From the NCBI GenBank assembly GCA_964016885.1, contig OZ024742.1:98394001-98458000 (forward strand): a DNA stretch of 64,000 nt, in the 5' to 3' direction. The position numbers were made by a program, and so were the translations under genes. Shown here piece by piece: positions 1-13,700 of the stretch (its first letter is position 1; each line of letters begins with the position of its first letter). The notes below the pieces were generated by a model. It was given only the letters and a program-made list of their open reading frames with translations. It had not been told where the DNA came from and did not search any database. This stretch comes from Eledone cirrhosa (Eukaryota).

Positions 1-82
1 ATACGGCATGATTAAGGTTTTTTAAAGTTAGCAGGGCCCATCTCATCTACAGATGTGAAGAGTCTATTTCTCCCAGAAAAGG

Positions 83-132
<50 letters not shown>

Positions 133-286
133 TTAAGTCGTTTGGAAGCCTCGACAATGCAAATGGGTAAATCTCCGGATAACAAGGTCCGGTGGTGGAG
201 AGAGAGATGTAAGTGGGTGTACGTTGAGATGCGTGGTGTGTATAAGATGTGTAGAATGAAGGGAAGAGTAAAAGGATAAAAAAAAA

Positions 287-321
<35 letters not shown>

Positions 322-384
322 GAGAGAGAGATAGGGGGCGGGAGGATAAGAAATCTTAATAGACAAATAATTGTTCCCTGCAAC

Positions 385-520
385 AGAATGGACAGGTGTT
401 ATAAAATCGACCTCGAGACGATAAAAGTTACAGTTTACTTGGCTTGGAGTTGAACTCAGACTGCGCTGAAATCCACATTGAAAACCACAAAAGATTATAT
501 CCGACGTTCCACCACCTCTC
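385..520 (-). mobile_element. tRNA-derived SINE, degraded copy of the window's dominant family
   Basis: Reverse complement matches the recurring B-box/body motif ctgagttcaa...ctttt...ggtcgat seen in many copies. Confidence 0.6.
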
Positions 521-2254
521 TTGATGACATAATACGAATATATCCAAAAGGATGCATTTTGTTTGAATTCCTAATATGACATACTGTTTATATCATAAAC
601 TGATTTATTTAGTCCAGATGAGGACAGCAGCCCGAATAAATCAATTTATAATTATACGCTTAAGTAGTTCAGAGAGTATCTGACAGGCACACATCGTAAA
701 TGTGTGTGTATGTGTTTACATGGTAAAATACAACTTTCACAAATAGGTGCTGTGATAGTTATTTCAATACAGCAGCACGTCTCATGTACTTATTCTATCT
801 TCTTTCACCGTTTCTCCGTTTAAGTGAGGGTGTCTTAATGTCTATATCTCTCTCTTATCAATATTTCTTTCAAGACCTCAGTAAATCTTTAGACCGAACT
901 CAATCCCATTCCAATTGCATGCTTTACCATTCCTCTTCTCCGGCCTCTATTTATTGTCTATTTCTGCCTAACACGTATAATCTGTTACATAGCAATAAAC
1001 TTAAATCTTAACTTTTCCTGATTCTCTCTCTCTTTATTATACACCATCACTCTCTCTCTGTACATATATATATACATATATATGTGTGTGTGCGTTTACT
1101 AGAGTTTATATCTCTCAACAACCATTTCACCTTACCGAAGAAAAGGAAAGGATCAGAGCGTGAGATCGAAACAGGGCAAGTATCTTACCATTAGTACTTT
1201 TTTTTCCTTTGTTAACACTATCTGCTATTTGCAACTCCTGGGAGAAGTAGCATCGTGTATCCATTGTCATAAGATATGATTCGAACTTGGAAAGCACAGA
1301 GCCAGAACAGATATTATAAAGCATCTCATTCAAATTGTAAACAACTTCACAAATAAACAACTTATGGACATGCACGTTATATATCACTAGCTAAAGACTA
1401 AAAGCAAACTTGATTTCGACGGGATTTAAAAGCAGAGAACCGTGACAAATACCAATGCACTCTGGACTGCCAATTCACTAAAAAGCTTTTTCCAATTCGC
1501 TCTCTTTTACTGGCTATTTGTCTCCACCTTCTGACAAAAGTTCAATAAACTGCACAAATATATAATCAGCTCCCACCCCTTTCTGACTACCTTCGTCCAT
1601 ATCAAAATCCCCCCCCCCCCATTCACACTCTGTCAATAAAAATTCAACACCTGTCTTTCAATTGCTGTCTCAATTTTCTTTAAGTTTCTCCTCCTACTGA
1701 TCCACATTATGCTCATCTTCAACTACAACTCTTCTCCCGACCGACACAGTATGCACGTAATTCTTCCAAACTACACCTGGTTATTTAATTGTTGTACTTT
1801 GCTGATATTTGTTTTCATTTTCGCCTTTACTCACACACATACAAACAACCATCTAAACACATACATATATACATGCATATATCACGCACATAAAAAGACA
1901 CATCTTAAATGGCTTTTTTGGCAAACATATCTTCATTTATTAGCTCGTGGATCAATTCTTAAAAGTACAAGAATACAACAAAGGTAGAAACAACAACAAC
2001 AACAATATCAGCACAAACAACTGCAGCACCGTAATCAACAACGAAATTAAACCTGCAACAACAACAAGAAATTGATATCAATGGAACCATTTCATATTTG
2101 TCATACTTCATATTTCATTTCCTGCCCTGGTTTTCACTAGGAGTGACAAAATACGTACTTTGATTAAATGTCTTTATTATGAGATTTAACATCCGTTTTG
2201 TTTTGGCGAATTAATCTATAGTAGATTGACGAATAAATAAATAAATAATAGTAA

Positions 2255-2470
2255 TAGTTTTTAATTTAGGCACAAGACTGGCATTTTGAAAATAAGTAGA
2301 TTTCGATTGAATCGCGTAGATGGCTGGTATATTATTTCACCGATATCGGCGAAATGAGAGGCAAAGGTACATACAGCGGTATTTAAAAAGTAAACAAAAG
2401 ACATGGATGGAATCCCGTAGAAAATATTTCAAAACCTCTAACGACTGCAGCGAATGTAGTGATCTAATAT
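2255..2470 (-). mobile_element. tRNA-derived SINE, degraded
   Basis: Similar to copies at 32020-32210 and 46385-46585 (ggcacaag...ggtatatt...gaaatgagaggcaaagg). Confidence 0.5.
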
Positions 2471-2514
2471 TTGATCTCCCATGGTTAAAGGACATCATTC
2501 ATTCATAGTGAAAC

Positions 2515-2670
2515 TGTGGGGGGCATCTGATCGTTAGGTAAGATGGCTGGACCCACGAACATAAGGTCATGGGTTCGTTTTCTGGAATAACATGGCATTT
2601 TGTCCTTAAACAAGACACACAATTACACGTTACTGCAATCGACATAGCTGAACAAATACGTATTAGCCAA
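2515..2670 (+). mobile_element. Second SINE family (tRNA head plus CORE-like tgtccttnnncaagacac segment)
   Basis: B box gggttcgttt followed by tgtccttaaacaagacac; related to 51690-52000. Confidence 0.5.
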
Positions 2671-2943
2671 TGGAGGGGTTTTATTTATGATAAGACTGGT
2701 GCCAAACATTGTTTAACCAATTAGAATTTCTTGCATGCACCATGAATTTCTCTACGAAGGAAACAGTTCCAGATTAGCATTTATATATCCTTATAATTCT
2801 CTCTATAATTCGTTTTACAATCGCATTATAAATCTAATATATATATGCATATACTCATTCATATAGATATATACTTGTGCGCAACTGCACACATGGAAAT
2901 ATATATATATGTATAACACATGGAAATATACATGTATGTATAA

Positions 2944-3119
2944 CAGACCTGTCAACTTCTAAAAACCCAAACGTGGAGTACTATGAAAAAAGTGTTTAAA
3001 ATCGGGGTGAAATGAGGCAAAATGGGGAGATTTTACATAACGAAAACTATACCCATTTACACAAGAAAAGACAAAAGGTGGGAGATCTTCCCGCCCGACG
3101 GGGAGTGTTGACATGTATG
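2944..3119. mobile_element. MITE / non-autonomous DNA transposon
   Basis: Terminal inverted repeats cagacctgtcaac ... gttgacatgtatg, non-coding interior. Confidence 0.6.
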
Positions 3120-4361
3120 ATATAAACATGTCGCGCTTTCACTGTTTCCAAGCTTCTGCTCTGTAGGACTGAACGCGGCATTACTTACACCTATATAGTA
3201 AATACATAAATGCATAACATAACTGTGAAGAACATAAAGTTTAGCGCTTCAGTTTCTTGTTCATCAACTGAAGGTTTGCCATTGTCTTTATTCCTGTATA
3301 TCCGATTAAAATTTAACTTAATCGGACAACCAAAATTATGTCAGAGTTTAAACCGGACATAATTGTAGATTGATATTTGCGAAACCAAAAGCATTGTTTT
3401 CAAACCAACATTCAGAAAATATAAATATATTCAATAATTAATATTCGTTTCGTTTCAATGTAGAGTTATAGAAAACTAGACCAATTCCAATTACAATATA
3501 CATTACTATCTTTTGCAGAAGTACATTATAACAAAAATAGCTTGATTTTCAAGAGTGCCTTCATTTTTTAAGTCACAAAGAAAAAAAAAATAAATAAAAC
3601 AATTGGTGTTTTAGTTTTCATTTTTCTTCTGTTTCTAAAAGATATTAAATATTTGTCTAAAACCAATGGTGTTTCTAAGAATAATTGTTTGGTATTAACT
3701 AACATGTGGTTGAATATGTCGTAATAAATTTGTTCAAGTAACTTATTGGGAATGCTTATGATAATATCTAATTTAAACATAAGACCAGCAATTTGAGGTA
3801 TTTCCTTTTATCGACCCCCAGTTGGATGAATGTCAAAGTTGACCTCAAACGTTCCTGCCAATTCTTAGTCTGATTCTGTTTTCACTGATCAGGAAATATC
3901 TTTGACATTCAGAAAGAAAGTTTATAGTTATGAAAATTCACGTGAAATAAAATATACTGTACAAACAAGATGTCACGAAAATATCCGATCTCTACATCAT
4001 GAAAAGTGTTTAATAACAAATTACAGAAAGGGGGATAAACATAAAAGACTAGTTTAAGTTATACCAAACAAAATGCATGAGTTTAATGAAGGGTGTTATA
4101 GTTTTGATCTTGCATGAGAAGTTAGTTGACTATTTCGAGAAGTCAAAATATATGTTTTTAATTAACGTATATATACGCATCAGAAATCTAATGTGCATGC
4201 AAGGTGGGTAGTTTTCCTATAAACTGCAAAGTGTATAGATATTATTATTTTTTTAAAAATTGTGTTGGATCAATAACTGATCGAAGTAATTATAATATAT
4301 TTGATCTCTATTGATTTACACAATTGTTGCTGCTTGATCACTTTTGTTTGATCTACAGAAA

Positions 4362-4495
4362 TGCGGCTAATTGATAGTCGTTAGCGCGTCAGATTTAAAA
4401 TGTCTTCATATTAGACCCGGCTTAGTGTGCCCTGCGTTCGAATTCCACGAGATCAGCTTTGCCTTTCATGCTTTCGATATCGATAATTAAGTAGC
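4362..4495 (+). mobile_element. tRNA-derived SINE
   Basis: gttcgaattccacgagatcagctttgcctttcat...gataattaagta family body. Confidence 0.65.
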
Positions 4496-4809
4496 GGAGT
4501 CTATTCTCTATTTCTCGGGAAGAAATCACCTGTTCCAGCCTAGAGAGGGATGGGCCCCGCAAGAGTTTGAAATGCCCTCGATATGCTGTGTCGAGACAGC
4601 GCCACTACAACTCCATATATAGGTAAGGGCCATTTGACTTACCTTCATCTGATGAAGGAAATTGGATTGAGAGAGAATATGGGAATCGTAGAATCAGTAG
4701 AGCCATGAACAAAATATGCGATATTAAGTTACATCGAGCAATATGATTATAAATTACACTTACCTCAAATATAGTAAAATAAAAGGAACATTAAACTAAC
4801 TAAAACCCA

Positions 4810-5880
4810 TACGTGGTTGTGTAAAAACAATTTCAGTGATTAAGTTTAGTCTCTATGTATCCTGGGTCAAAACCTACACATATTGACATCAGTTTACATC
4901 AATTTAAAGATGAATTAAGTACCAATAACATACAGAAAACAATTTCGTCTACCCGTTTAAATTTGTGACAGTATGTCTATTTTAGAAAACGTTATTTTTA
5001 TTAAAATTATATGTGACGACGATGGATTAGCAAAGTAAGTGCGTTAGCCGTATTTGTTCTATCTCTTCATGTTCTGAGTTCAAATTCGGCCGAGATTAGC
5101 TTAGCTTTTCATCATACGTGGTCGACATAATAAAGTACCATTCAAGTATTCAAGTTGGTTTAATCAGGTTTCCACCACAAATTTGCCCGGGAACCAATTT
5201 TAGCCATGTGTCTACATTAGAAACCATTATTAGAATTATATATGAGGGTAGTGGATTGGTAGAGTCAGTGTATTAGCAGTATTTACTCTGGCTCTTTACA
5301 TTCTCTGTTCAAATACAGCTGATATCAACTTTACCCTTCATCCTTTCTGGGTCAATGAAATAAAGTACCAGTCAAGTATTGGGGTTGATTTTATCATATT
5401 TGTTTTACCCACAAATCTGCTGGCCCTATGCCTAACTTAGAAATCAGTATTATAATCATATAATTGGTTTGTGAAGTGATAGAATCGTTAGAACGTCGAA
5501 CAAATGCTCAGTAGTTTATGTTTCTGGCGCTGTGCCTTCTGAGTTCAAATCCTACAAAGATCAACTTTGCCTTTCCTCTTTCTGTGTTCGACAAAATAAA
5601 ATAGCAGCCACGTACTGAGATAGGTTTAATCCACTTTCCTAATGTAGAAAGAATATATAAGGGTGATGGCTTAGCATAGTAACTAGAGCGTTCGACAGCT
5701 GTTTAGCTGTATTTGTTCTCGTTCTTTAAATACTGAGATCAAATCCATTGAGGTCAACTTTTCCTTTCCCCCTTCGGAAGTTTAAAAAATAAAGCAACAT
5801 CAAATAATAGGGTCCATTTAATCAGCATTCCTCTCCCCTCAAAATGTCTGGCCTTATGCCTAAATCTGAAACTGTTATTA
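4810..5880 (+). mobile_element. Head-to-tail array of about 5 diverged SINE copies
   Basis: Motif gttcaaat...tttgcctttcatc...aaagtacc...tagaaaccattatta recurs every ~200-230 bp. Confidence 0.75.
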
Positions 5881-6264
5881 TAATTATGGGTTTAATCATT
5901 GTTATTATTTATTATCATCGTTATTAATTATAATGCTCATTACTATTTATTTGTTGTCTCTTGGCGATTATGTCAGAATGAGAAAATAAAGTTTCTGTTG
6001 GTTTTATACATCAGGAAATTCCTCGTAAAATTTAATTAAGATTTCTTTGCCACGATTTCCTAAAGATGTAAAACTGACATGGGAAGTGAGATAGAGAGAC
6101 TTGGAGGAAATAGAAAGAGCGGAGGATCGTGTGGGAGGGGGGGGGGGGAGAGTGTAGTGTGAGTGAGAGAGAGAAGGAAATAAGAGAGATAAGGACAGAG
6201 AGGGACTTTTAATAAAATACAAATAGAGGGAACGAAAAGAAAGGGTGTAGGAGAAGGCCAAAGA

Positions 6265-6295
<31 letters not shown>

Positions 6296-6298
6296 TAT

Positions 6299-6337
<39 letters not shown>

Positions 6338-6664
6338 CAAACGGAGAGAGATATAAAGAGAGAGAGGAGAAGAGAAAAAAGGTGCGGTGACGTGTGAGGA
6401 ACACCTGCTAAATATTACGAAATGTTGCAGACATTAATAATATTTCCAGCGTCAAAACAATAGTGTCACTCAATAAGATTTCCGTGTCTTCCTGTAAGAT
6501 TGTTTTAAGCTTGCAAAGAAGTCCCCCTCCTATAAAAAAAAAATATCTATAATACAGAAAAAACATAAAAATATGAAAAAAAAGATTTCATTGTTCATTT
6601 CCTTTAACATTTGTATGTTTCAGGTGATGTTGCTGTTGTTATTATAGGTGATGTTGTTTTGGTT

Positions 6665-7400
6665 GTTATTATTATTATTAATATTATTGGAGTCTCAGTC
6701 ATTGATGTTATTTAACTGGAAACTTTGTTCCAACGAACATCAAGCCACTACCTGCAGCCTCAGATATTGAGGACGTAACGGAGGGTTCTTGCTGTTCCAG
6801 CATGCATGCCTTTTGAAGTGTTCCCCAAAATGGGGCTGGACTAATATTCGTTAACCATCCCAGAAAACCTTTTGAGATAGTACCTAGTGCTCCTATGGCA
6901 ATCAGGATTAACTTGATCTCATGACAGTGCCAAATCATTGTTAATTCACACTTTAAGTCCCGGTATCGGTTAATATTCTCCTCCTTTTCTTGCACTCAAG
7001 TGTCAAGGGGCTGGCTACATCTACAATCAGGCACGATATTTGTTCCTTGTTAAAAACCATCAATGTTCTAATTTCTTGTCTGTATGTATCCTGAAATATC
7101 ATAGCACCTTCACTTGTTCGTTTTCTATCACCGACTCTGGCTTATGCTCATACCGATTCTCATAATGTGGTAAAGTTTGCATAAATCACCTTTCCTATTA
7201 TATCATGCTTCCAGCCAGTACGGATTCGATGTGATCCACAGTCTCCTTTCTCTCTCTCCACAGATCCTACACAGTGAGCTAGCCTCCTCCTTGTCAATAT
7301 GGTGTTTCACCCACTTCGTTTTGAGTGCCTGCTCTTGCGCAGCCATTAGCATTACTTCTGTAGGTTTTTTTAAGGTCTCCACTTTTTAACTGGCTTCATC
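6665..7400 (-). mobile_element. R4/Dong-like LINE 3' fragment (restriction-like endonuclease), ending at (TAA)n
   Basis: ORF 6708-6995 has EKEENINRYRDL...IGALGTI...LQKAC; upstream minus-strand frame reads MAAQEQALKTKW; (ATT)n at the left end. Confidence 0.8.
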
Positions 7401-7809
7401 TCTGAATTCCGTTTTCTTAAATTCACAGCGAAAGACCTTCAAAATGCTTTTAAATAAACACACTATATCATTAAATATACAATACGTAGATTCATATACA
7501 CATCACTATTTCAGATGACCAACACACATTTCAAATTATTGCTGGGCTGTCAACCACTTTGTATGTTACTGAGTTGAAACAGTTCATAGACTTAGTTGGA
7601 ATTCTATAAGAATCCAACTTCTACAACTCACAAGAAAATCAAGGGATTTATACCGTTGATAGCGACTAAACGGTGAAAAACGGTCGATCGTCGGTTATTT
7701 CCCTTTGTTTTTGTTGAAGCTAGTCACTACCTTAAATTCATAGTGAAAGCCTTCAAAATTCTGTTAAATAAACATTTTATTAAATTTACAATACGTACAT
7801 TCATATATG

Positions 7810-7903
<94 letters not shown>

Positions 7904-7949
7904 TCTGTGTGTGTACGTACTGGAACCCGCTCAATTATATATATAAATA

Positions 7950-8086
7950 AGACGTCGGGTAGAATGCCTTACGGTATTCGTCCCACCTAATTGCACGCTT
8001 AGAGTTCAAATCCCGCCGTGGTCAACTTTGCCTTTCATCTTTTCGAGGTCCATACAAAATGTGCCAGTCCAGTACTGCGGTCGATT
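7950..8086 (+). mobile_element. tRNA-derived SINE
   Basis: agagttcaaatcccgccgtggtcaactttgcctttcatcttttcgaggtc. Confidence 0.75.
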
Positions 8087-8221
8087 CTTCCTCTATAGAA
8101 AACATCGGCTGTGTTCAGACCTAGAACGGGCTGGGCTCCGCCAGCGTTAATAGTGCCCAAGACACGCCGTTTGACGGTGCCTCTACAACTCCACAAGGTC
8201 TTATGTGATCTTTATCCTTAT

Positions 8222-8240
8222 ACTTATATATATATATATG

Positions 8241-8297
<57 letters not shown>

Positions 8298-8428
8298 GTA
8301 TATATATATATGTATATATATATATGTATATATATATATATGTATATATATATATGTATATATATATATGTATATATATATATATGTATATATATATATG
8401 TATATATATATATGTATATATATATATG

Positions 8429-8483
<55 letters not shown>

Positions 8484-8488
8484 GTATG

Positions 8489-8521
<33 letters not shown>

Positions 8522-8522
8522 G

Positions 8523-8583
<61 letters not shown>

Positions 8584-8608
8584 ATATATATATATATATA
8601 CATATATA
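8222..8608. repeat. (TA)n/(TATG) microsatellite
   Basis: Direct reading; source of the spurious YI-repeat ORFs. Confidence 0.98.
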
Positions 8609-8609
8609 A

Positions 8610-8837
8610 AGACTGAAGGAGACCTGTAGATCTATAAATATAGAGAAAGTAAAGTAAATGGGCTCTCATTATTTTCAGCGATTTGGGTTCCAGTTGCGCG
8701 ATCAACAAAACGGCTTGTGCAGGAAATTAACTTATGCCATTTTATTGAATGTGTAACTGGAAGACTAATCGCAGAAACCAATGAAGACACATTTACCTTA
8801 CTCTTTACTCTCCCAATATATCCCCCTCTACTTGTTT

Positions 8838-8911
<74 letters not shown>

Positions 8912-9085
8912 TTCTTTCGTTGCATTACCATCTTTGGTTGTTTACAGTCTCGCTCGTTCCCCTTATTTACGTGTCCCAACGACTTTCTTTAGCCGTTGCT
9001 CGCACCAACGGAGGTATATGGTCTTGAAAGCGATGAAATATCAATGAAGGTTTACAGATCACTGATGAAGGACCAAATTTATTTA
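8610..9085 (+). mobile_element. (TA)n-flanked non-coding repeat; second copy at ~43400-44010
   Basis: Shared block ccatctttg...acgtgtcccaac...agccgttgctcgcac...gatcactgaYgaaggacca. Confidence 0.75.
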
Positions 9086-9092
9086 TATATAT

Positions 9093-9142
<50 letters not shown>

Positions 9143-9330
9143 CAAATCGTGAAAACAATGAAATTAAACAAAATACGGGTAATTCATAGTACAACTCAGT
9201 GTTTTACGATCGTTTCTGGGGGGTAGTTCTCCGTATGTTCATTCTATTAGTGATCTATGTAAAATATATTACAAATTATCAAAGTAAGAAAATATACATA
9301 CGTCTTCCCTACCCGCCGTCTTCAGGAATA

Positions 9331-9508
9331 ATTGTTCCTACTTTTGGCACATGGCCAGCAATTATCTCAGTGCATTACTGGTACTTAATTTTATCAACGC
9401 CGTAAAGATAAAAGGCAAATTTAACCTCGCGGGATTTGAACTCAGAATGGCAAGGGCCGTAACTCTATGCGCCAAAGCATGGCATCTGACCCTCTACTGA
9501 TACTGCCA
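9331..9508 (-). mobile_element. SINE inserted in the left arm only
   Basis: Flanked by near-duplicate caggaataat/cagaaataat; absent from the right arm; close to the copy at 32020-32210. Confidence 0.85.
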
Positions 9509-10691
9509 CAGAAATAATGAGTTTTGTTTATTGAAGAATATTAAAAACGTATGAATAAGTAACCTTTTAAGATGAAGGTTGAGATTGACGAATAGTAAAA
9601 ATAGGAAGGGGCAATATAGATCATTAAGCTGGTAGTAGTAGATAAATAAATTAGCAGTAATGGGATGAGGTATCGAATGACCTTTAAGAAAAGAAAAGAA
9701 AGTTGTGAGTGTAAAGGAATTTAGACATTGTATAGAAAAGTGTGGACAGTCGAGGAAGATTAAAGTTGGAGGAAAAGGGGTGCTGATATCAGTGTGTTAT
9801 ATCTAGTAGAATAGTATAGAACAATCCTAAATATTTGTTATTTCTTTGTTCAAGAGGAATAATTTGTTCTAAAAATAGAACAAGTAGAGGAATATAGATG
9901 GAACCAAGGAAAAGTAAAAGTTAGATAACAAAAAATATAGGTAAGAAAATAATAACATTTGTGTAAGTATTGTATTGTGTTAGAGTGGTCAGAATGAAGT
10001 TTATCTGTAGGGAATTTTATTTTCGAATAAAAAATATCATTAATAATCGGTTTTCTTAACAGGTTTAAATGCATTAATAAGTTTAACACACATGCATTTT
10101 CTTCATAGGTTTAACTTATTAAGAAAACCAGATTATTAATGAGATTTCTTATTCGAAAATAAAATTCGCTACAGGTAAAACTTCATTCTGACCAAATAAA
10201 ATTCCTTACAGGTAAAACTTCATTCTGACCACTCTAACACAATACAATACTTACACAAATGTTATTATTCTCTAACCTATATATTTTTTTTATCTAAATT
10301 TTACTTTTCCTTGGTTCCATCTATATTCCTCTACTTGTTCTATTTTTAGAACAAATTATTCCTCTTGAACAAAGAAATAACAAATATTTAGGATTGTTCT
10401 ATACTATTCTACTAGATATAACACACTGATATCTGCACCCCTTTTCCTTCAACTTTAATCTTCCTCGACTGTCCACACTTTTCTATACAATGTCTAAATT
10501 CCTTTACACTCACAACTTTCTTTTCTTTTCTTAAAGGTCATTCGATACCTCATCCCATTACTGCTAATTTATTCATCTACTACTACCAGCTTGATCATCT
10601 CTATTGCCCCTTCCTATTTTTACTATTGGTCAATCTCAACCTTCATCATAAAAGGTTCATACATGTTTTTTTTTTATATTCTTCAATAAAC

Positions 10692-10840
10692 AAAACTCAT
10701 TATTTCTGAGGACGGCGGGTAGGGAATACCTATGTACATTTTTTTACTTTGATAATTTGTAATATATTTTACATACATCACTAATAGAATGAACATACGG
10801 AGAACTACCCCCCAGAAACGATCGTAAAATAATGAGTTTT
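10692..10840 (+). ncRNA. Type I hammerhead ribozyme with enlarged stem II
   Basis: aaaactcattattt CTGAGGA c ggcgggtag...ctacccccc a GAAA CGATCG TA aaataatgagtttt; 14-bp stem I, palindromic stem III. Confidence 0.85.
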
Positions 10841-11045
10841 ACTATACAAATTACCCGTATTTAGTTTAATTTCATTGTTTTCACTATTTGTATCATTTTG
10901 ACTCTGCTTCCAATGAATTATATGGAGACAGCGATTGTATCGTTGAAATTTTGTATTTTAAACTTTGCTTCACATCTTCTACACACGTATTACATTGAGT
11001 TCTTCATACGGCTTGGACCCAACCATTAATTGGTGGATTTATCTG

Positions 11046-11113
<68 letters not shown>

Positions 11114-11659
11114 GAAAGAGAGAAAGACGGAGAGAAAGAGAGAAAGACGGAGAGAGGGAGATCGAAAGAGTCGGTTCCACATCAATTAACGAATCATACT
11201 ATATAACCATTATTCAACTTGTTTATAGTTAGTGTGAATGGAATTATTTCTGAGCTGGCGGGATATCAGTATTTGATTCCGTGATAAGGGAGGGAATTCG
11301 AGCTAGACTGTTGTAAATGTACCAACATTTGAAGACCGACCACTTATGATATTTCAGTCAGAGTTATAATTCAGGTTATCCGTGGTCCTTCAAGTTACGC
11401 AATAAAAAGTTCGCAACATGGGGACAGCGATTTTAATTATCAGCTATCGTGTTAAAGCAAGCAAAGATACGTAACATCTGCAAAGTATTTGTTCTTTAAT
11501 CGATGCAAAACTTCCAGGATTTGTTCCATTTAAGTATGGCGCATGCCTCCATATATATATTCTATATATGCAATATCTGTTTACCATCTATCGATATATT
11601 ATTGTTCATAATTCTGATGGAATGTTGATTCCTGAATCAATCCCGATCATGTCCTACCA

Positions 11660-13700
11660 TACCTTCAGCTGATTGATCAATGGTTTTCTCATAGACTTTA
11701 TATCCACGTTTTGTTTCATTGAGCATTTTACTTAATAGTATAAGTGCGATGCAGAATAAAAGCGGTGATAAAGAGACACCCTGAAAAATTCTACAATTAA
11801 TATTAACTTCTCCAGCTTCCAGTGATGTTTTTCCACTATTCAAAAGGAGTGTCGTTTTCCATGTCTTCATACTGGATGACAGGAATCCTCTGACAACGGT
11901 AGATATTTTGAAAATCTCTAAACATTTTTCAATCCAACTGTGTGGCAAACTATCGAATGCTTTTTTATAATCTATCCAAGCAATTGATAGATTTTTGTGT
12001 CTATTATGACAATCTTCCAGTATCATTTTGTTAACCAAAAGCTGATCCTTACAGCCATATGAGCCTCGTTTACACCCTTTCTGCTGATTGGGAAATAGAT
12101 CATTTGTAATCATATGTATATTCAGTTAGGACTGATGTTAACATTTTATACATTGTGGTCAAGCAAGTTATCGGTCTGTAATTTTTGGGATTGTTTGTCT
12201 CATCATTCTTCGGAAGCAGGAATGTAATGCCGTTAACTAGCCATGATGGTATATTTTCTGGCTCCTTAACATTTTCATTGTAAAGTTGGGCTAACAGCTC
12301 ATGAGACTCTATGAAGGCATTTATCCAAACATTTGGTATTTTGTCTTTCCCTGGGGATTTCCATTTGAGGGATTTTCTAAGAGCTAAACGCAGATGTTCA
12401 ACCGTTATATTTCCCATGTTTGTTCCTCAAGGTGAGTTGTATCTTTCATTTATCTGTCCATGGGGCATGTATATTATGAACTTTTTCTTCGGGCCAGATC
12501 TTTTCCCAGAATTCTTGCACTTCCTACTTGGGTGGTATTGATTTAGTAGTTATTGTTAATTTGACAATTTTTCTGTAGAATTTTTATTGGTTGTTTTTCA
12601 ACATGTTAATGTCTTCATAGAACCTAGATCATTTTTCAAAGCGCCTTATACGAGCAGCTTTGGCCGACACTTTTTGCTTGATTGTTTCTATCAGCATGTC
12701 TATGTCACTTGTTGATTTTATACTGTATTTTCTTTTCAATTTTCTAGGTTTAGTTTGTTTAACATGTTCACCTACTTTGTAGTTTGTTAAAATTTCTGTC
12801 AGATCGGAGAAGGTTTATTTGGCGCTTGATGTTCTCTTGTCAAGTAGGCTTTTTTGGGGAATTTCCTTTGCTTTTTCATTTTCACTCCGCATAACTGGGT
12901 GGTGACTTTAGCCAATGCATAATAGAGATGATTTAGATCAGTAATGTTTAGTTTATTTGTGAGGGTAATGTTTTTGAGAGTTATGTTAGTCTTGTGTATT
13001 ATCCTTTGGTTTTGTTTGGAGTTCTGGATCTTAGAGAGAGTGTCTCGTTCCCCCATGTCAGTTTCTTTCATTTTCATCCATTCGTTCATAATTTCATTCT
13101 TCAAGTTGGCGAGTTCATTCTCATTCATTTCTTTATCATTGACGATTTCATTGTTTTCATTTTGAGTTTCATCTTCCACTTTTTCGATCCTTTCTTTAAT
13201 GCTGTCAGTGATTCCGCCCCAACCCTGGGATTTGAAGTGTTACAATTTAACTCGTTTTCACTGACACATGTTTCATTTTCCCTTCGGTGATTTTGCGCTA
13301 ATTGCTTGATCTGATCAATTTCTATATCAGTTAGTAACTTTTTCTTAACAATATTTCTTCGTATATTAGCTAGTTTGTACTGTCAAAATAGCCTCTGTTT
13401 TCGGGATGTTTCTTTTTCCAGTTGATATATGTCTGTTCTGTATTCGATCTATTTGATGGGTAGTACATGGCAGTGTAGAAAGCCTTAAGAACTTCTTTAT
13501 TGTCTTCCCTTGACCATTTTTCTCTCTCTTTCTTTGGATTTCTTGGTGGTGAGCATGGAGAGTAAACAGTAGGGGTATTCCGGGTATGGGAAGATTTCAA
13601 CCATTAGCTGATTTTTCGACCACAGTCTGGTTCCTCTCTGAGGGACGCGGCCCTTTCTGACCCGGGTGACGGCGGATCCGGTATGAGATTTTATCATTTG
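11660..13700 (-). mobile_element. R4/Dong-like LINE, 5' half including RT N-terminal part, frameshifted
   Basis: KWKSPGKDKI...NYRPITCLTTMYK and QQKGCKRGSYGCKDQLL...WIDYKKAFDSLPHSWI...FQGVSLSPLLF in broken frames. Confidence 0.9.

Larger units (their letters stand above)
9139..11048. mobile_element. Fold-back PLE-derived element: arms ~9139-10059 and ~10119-10892, tail to 11048, (TA)n on both sides
   Basis: Right arm is the reverse complement of the left once the SINE at 9331-9508 is removed; related element at 22970-23866. Confidence 0.85.

Noticed and set aside
1125-1290. Two strong minus-strand donor-like sites (GTAAG) with an open frame
   Set aside because: No recognisable protein and no partner exons.
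8111-8708. YI/HT/CV/RE repeat ORFs here and throughout the window
   Set aside because: Translations of microsatellites.
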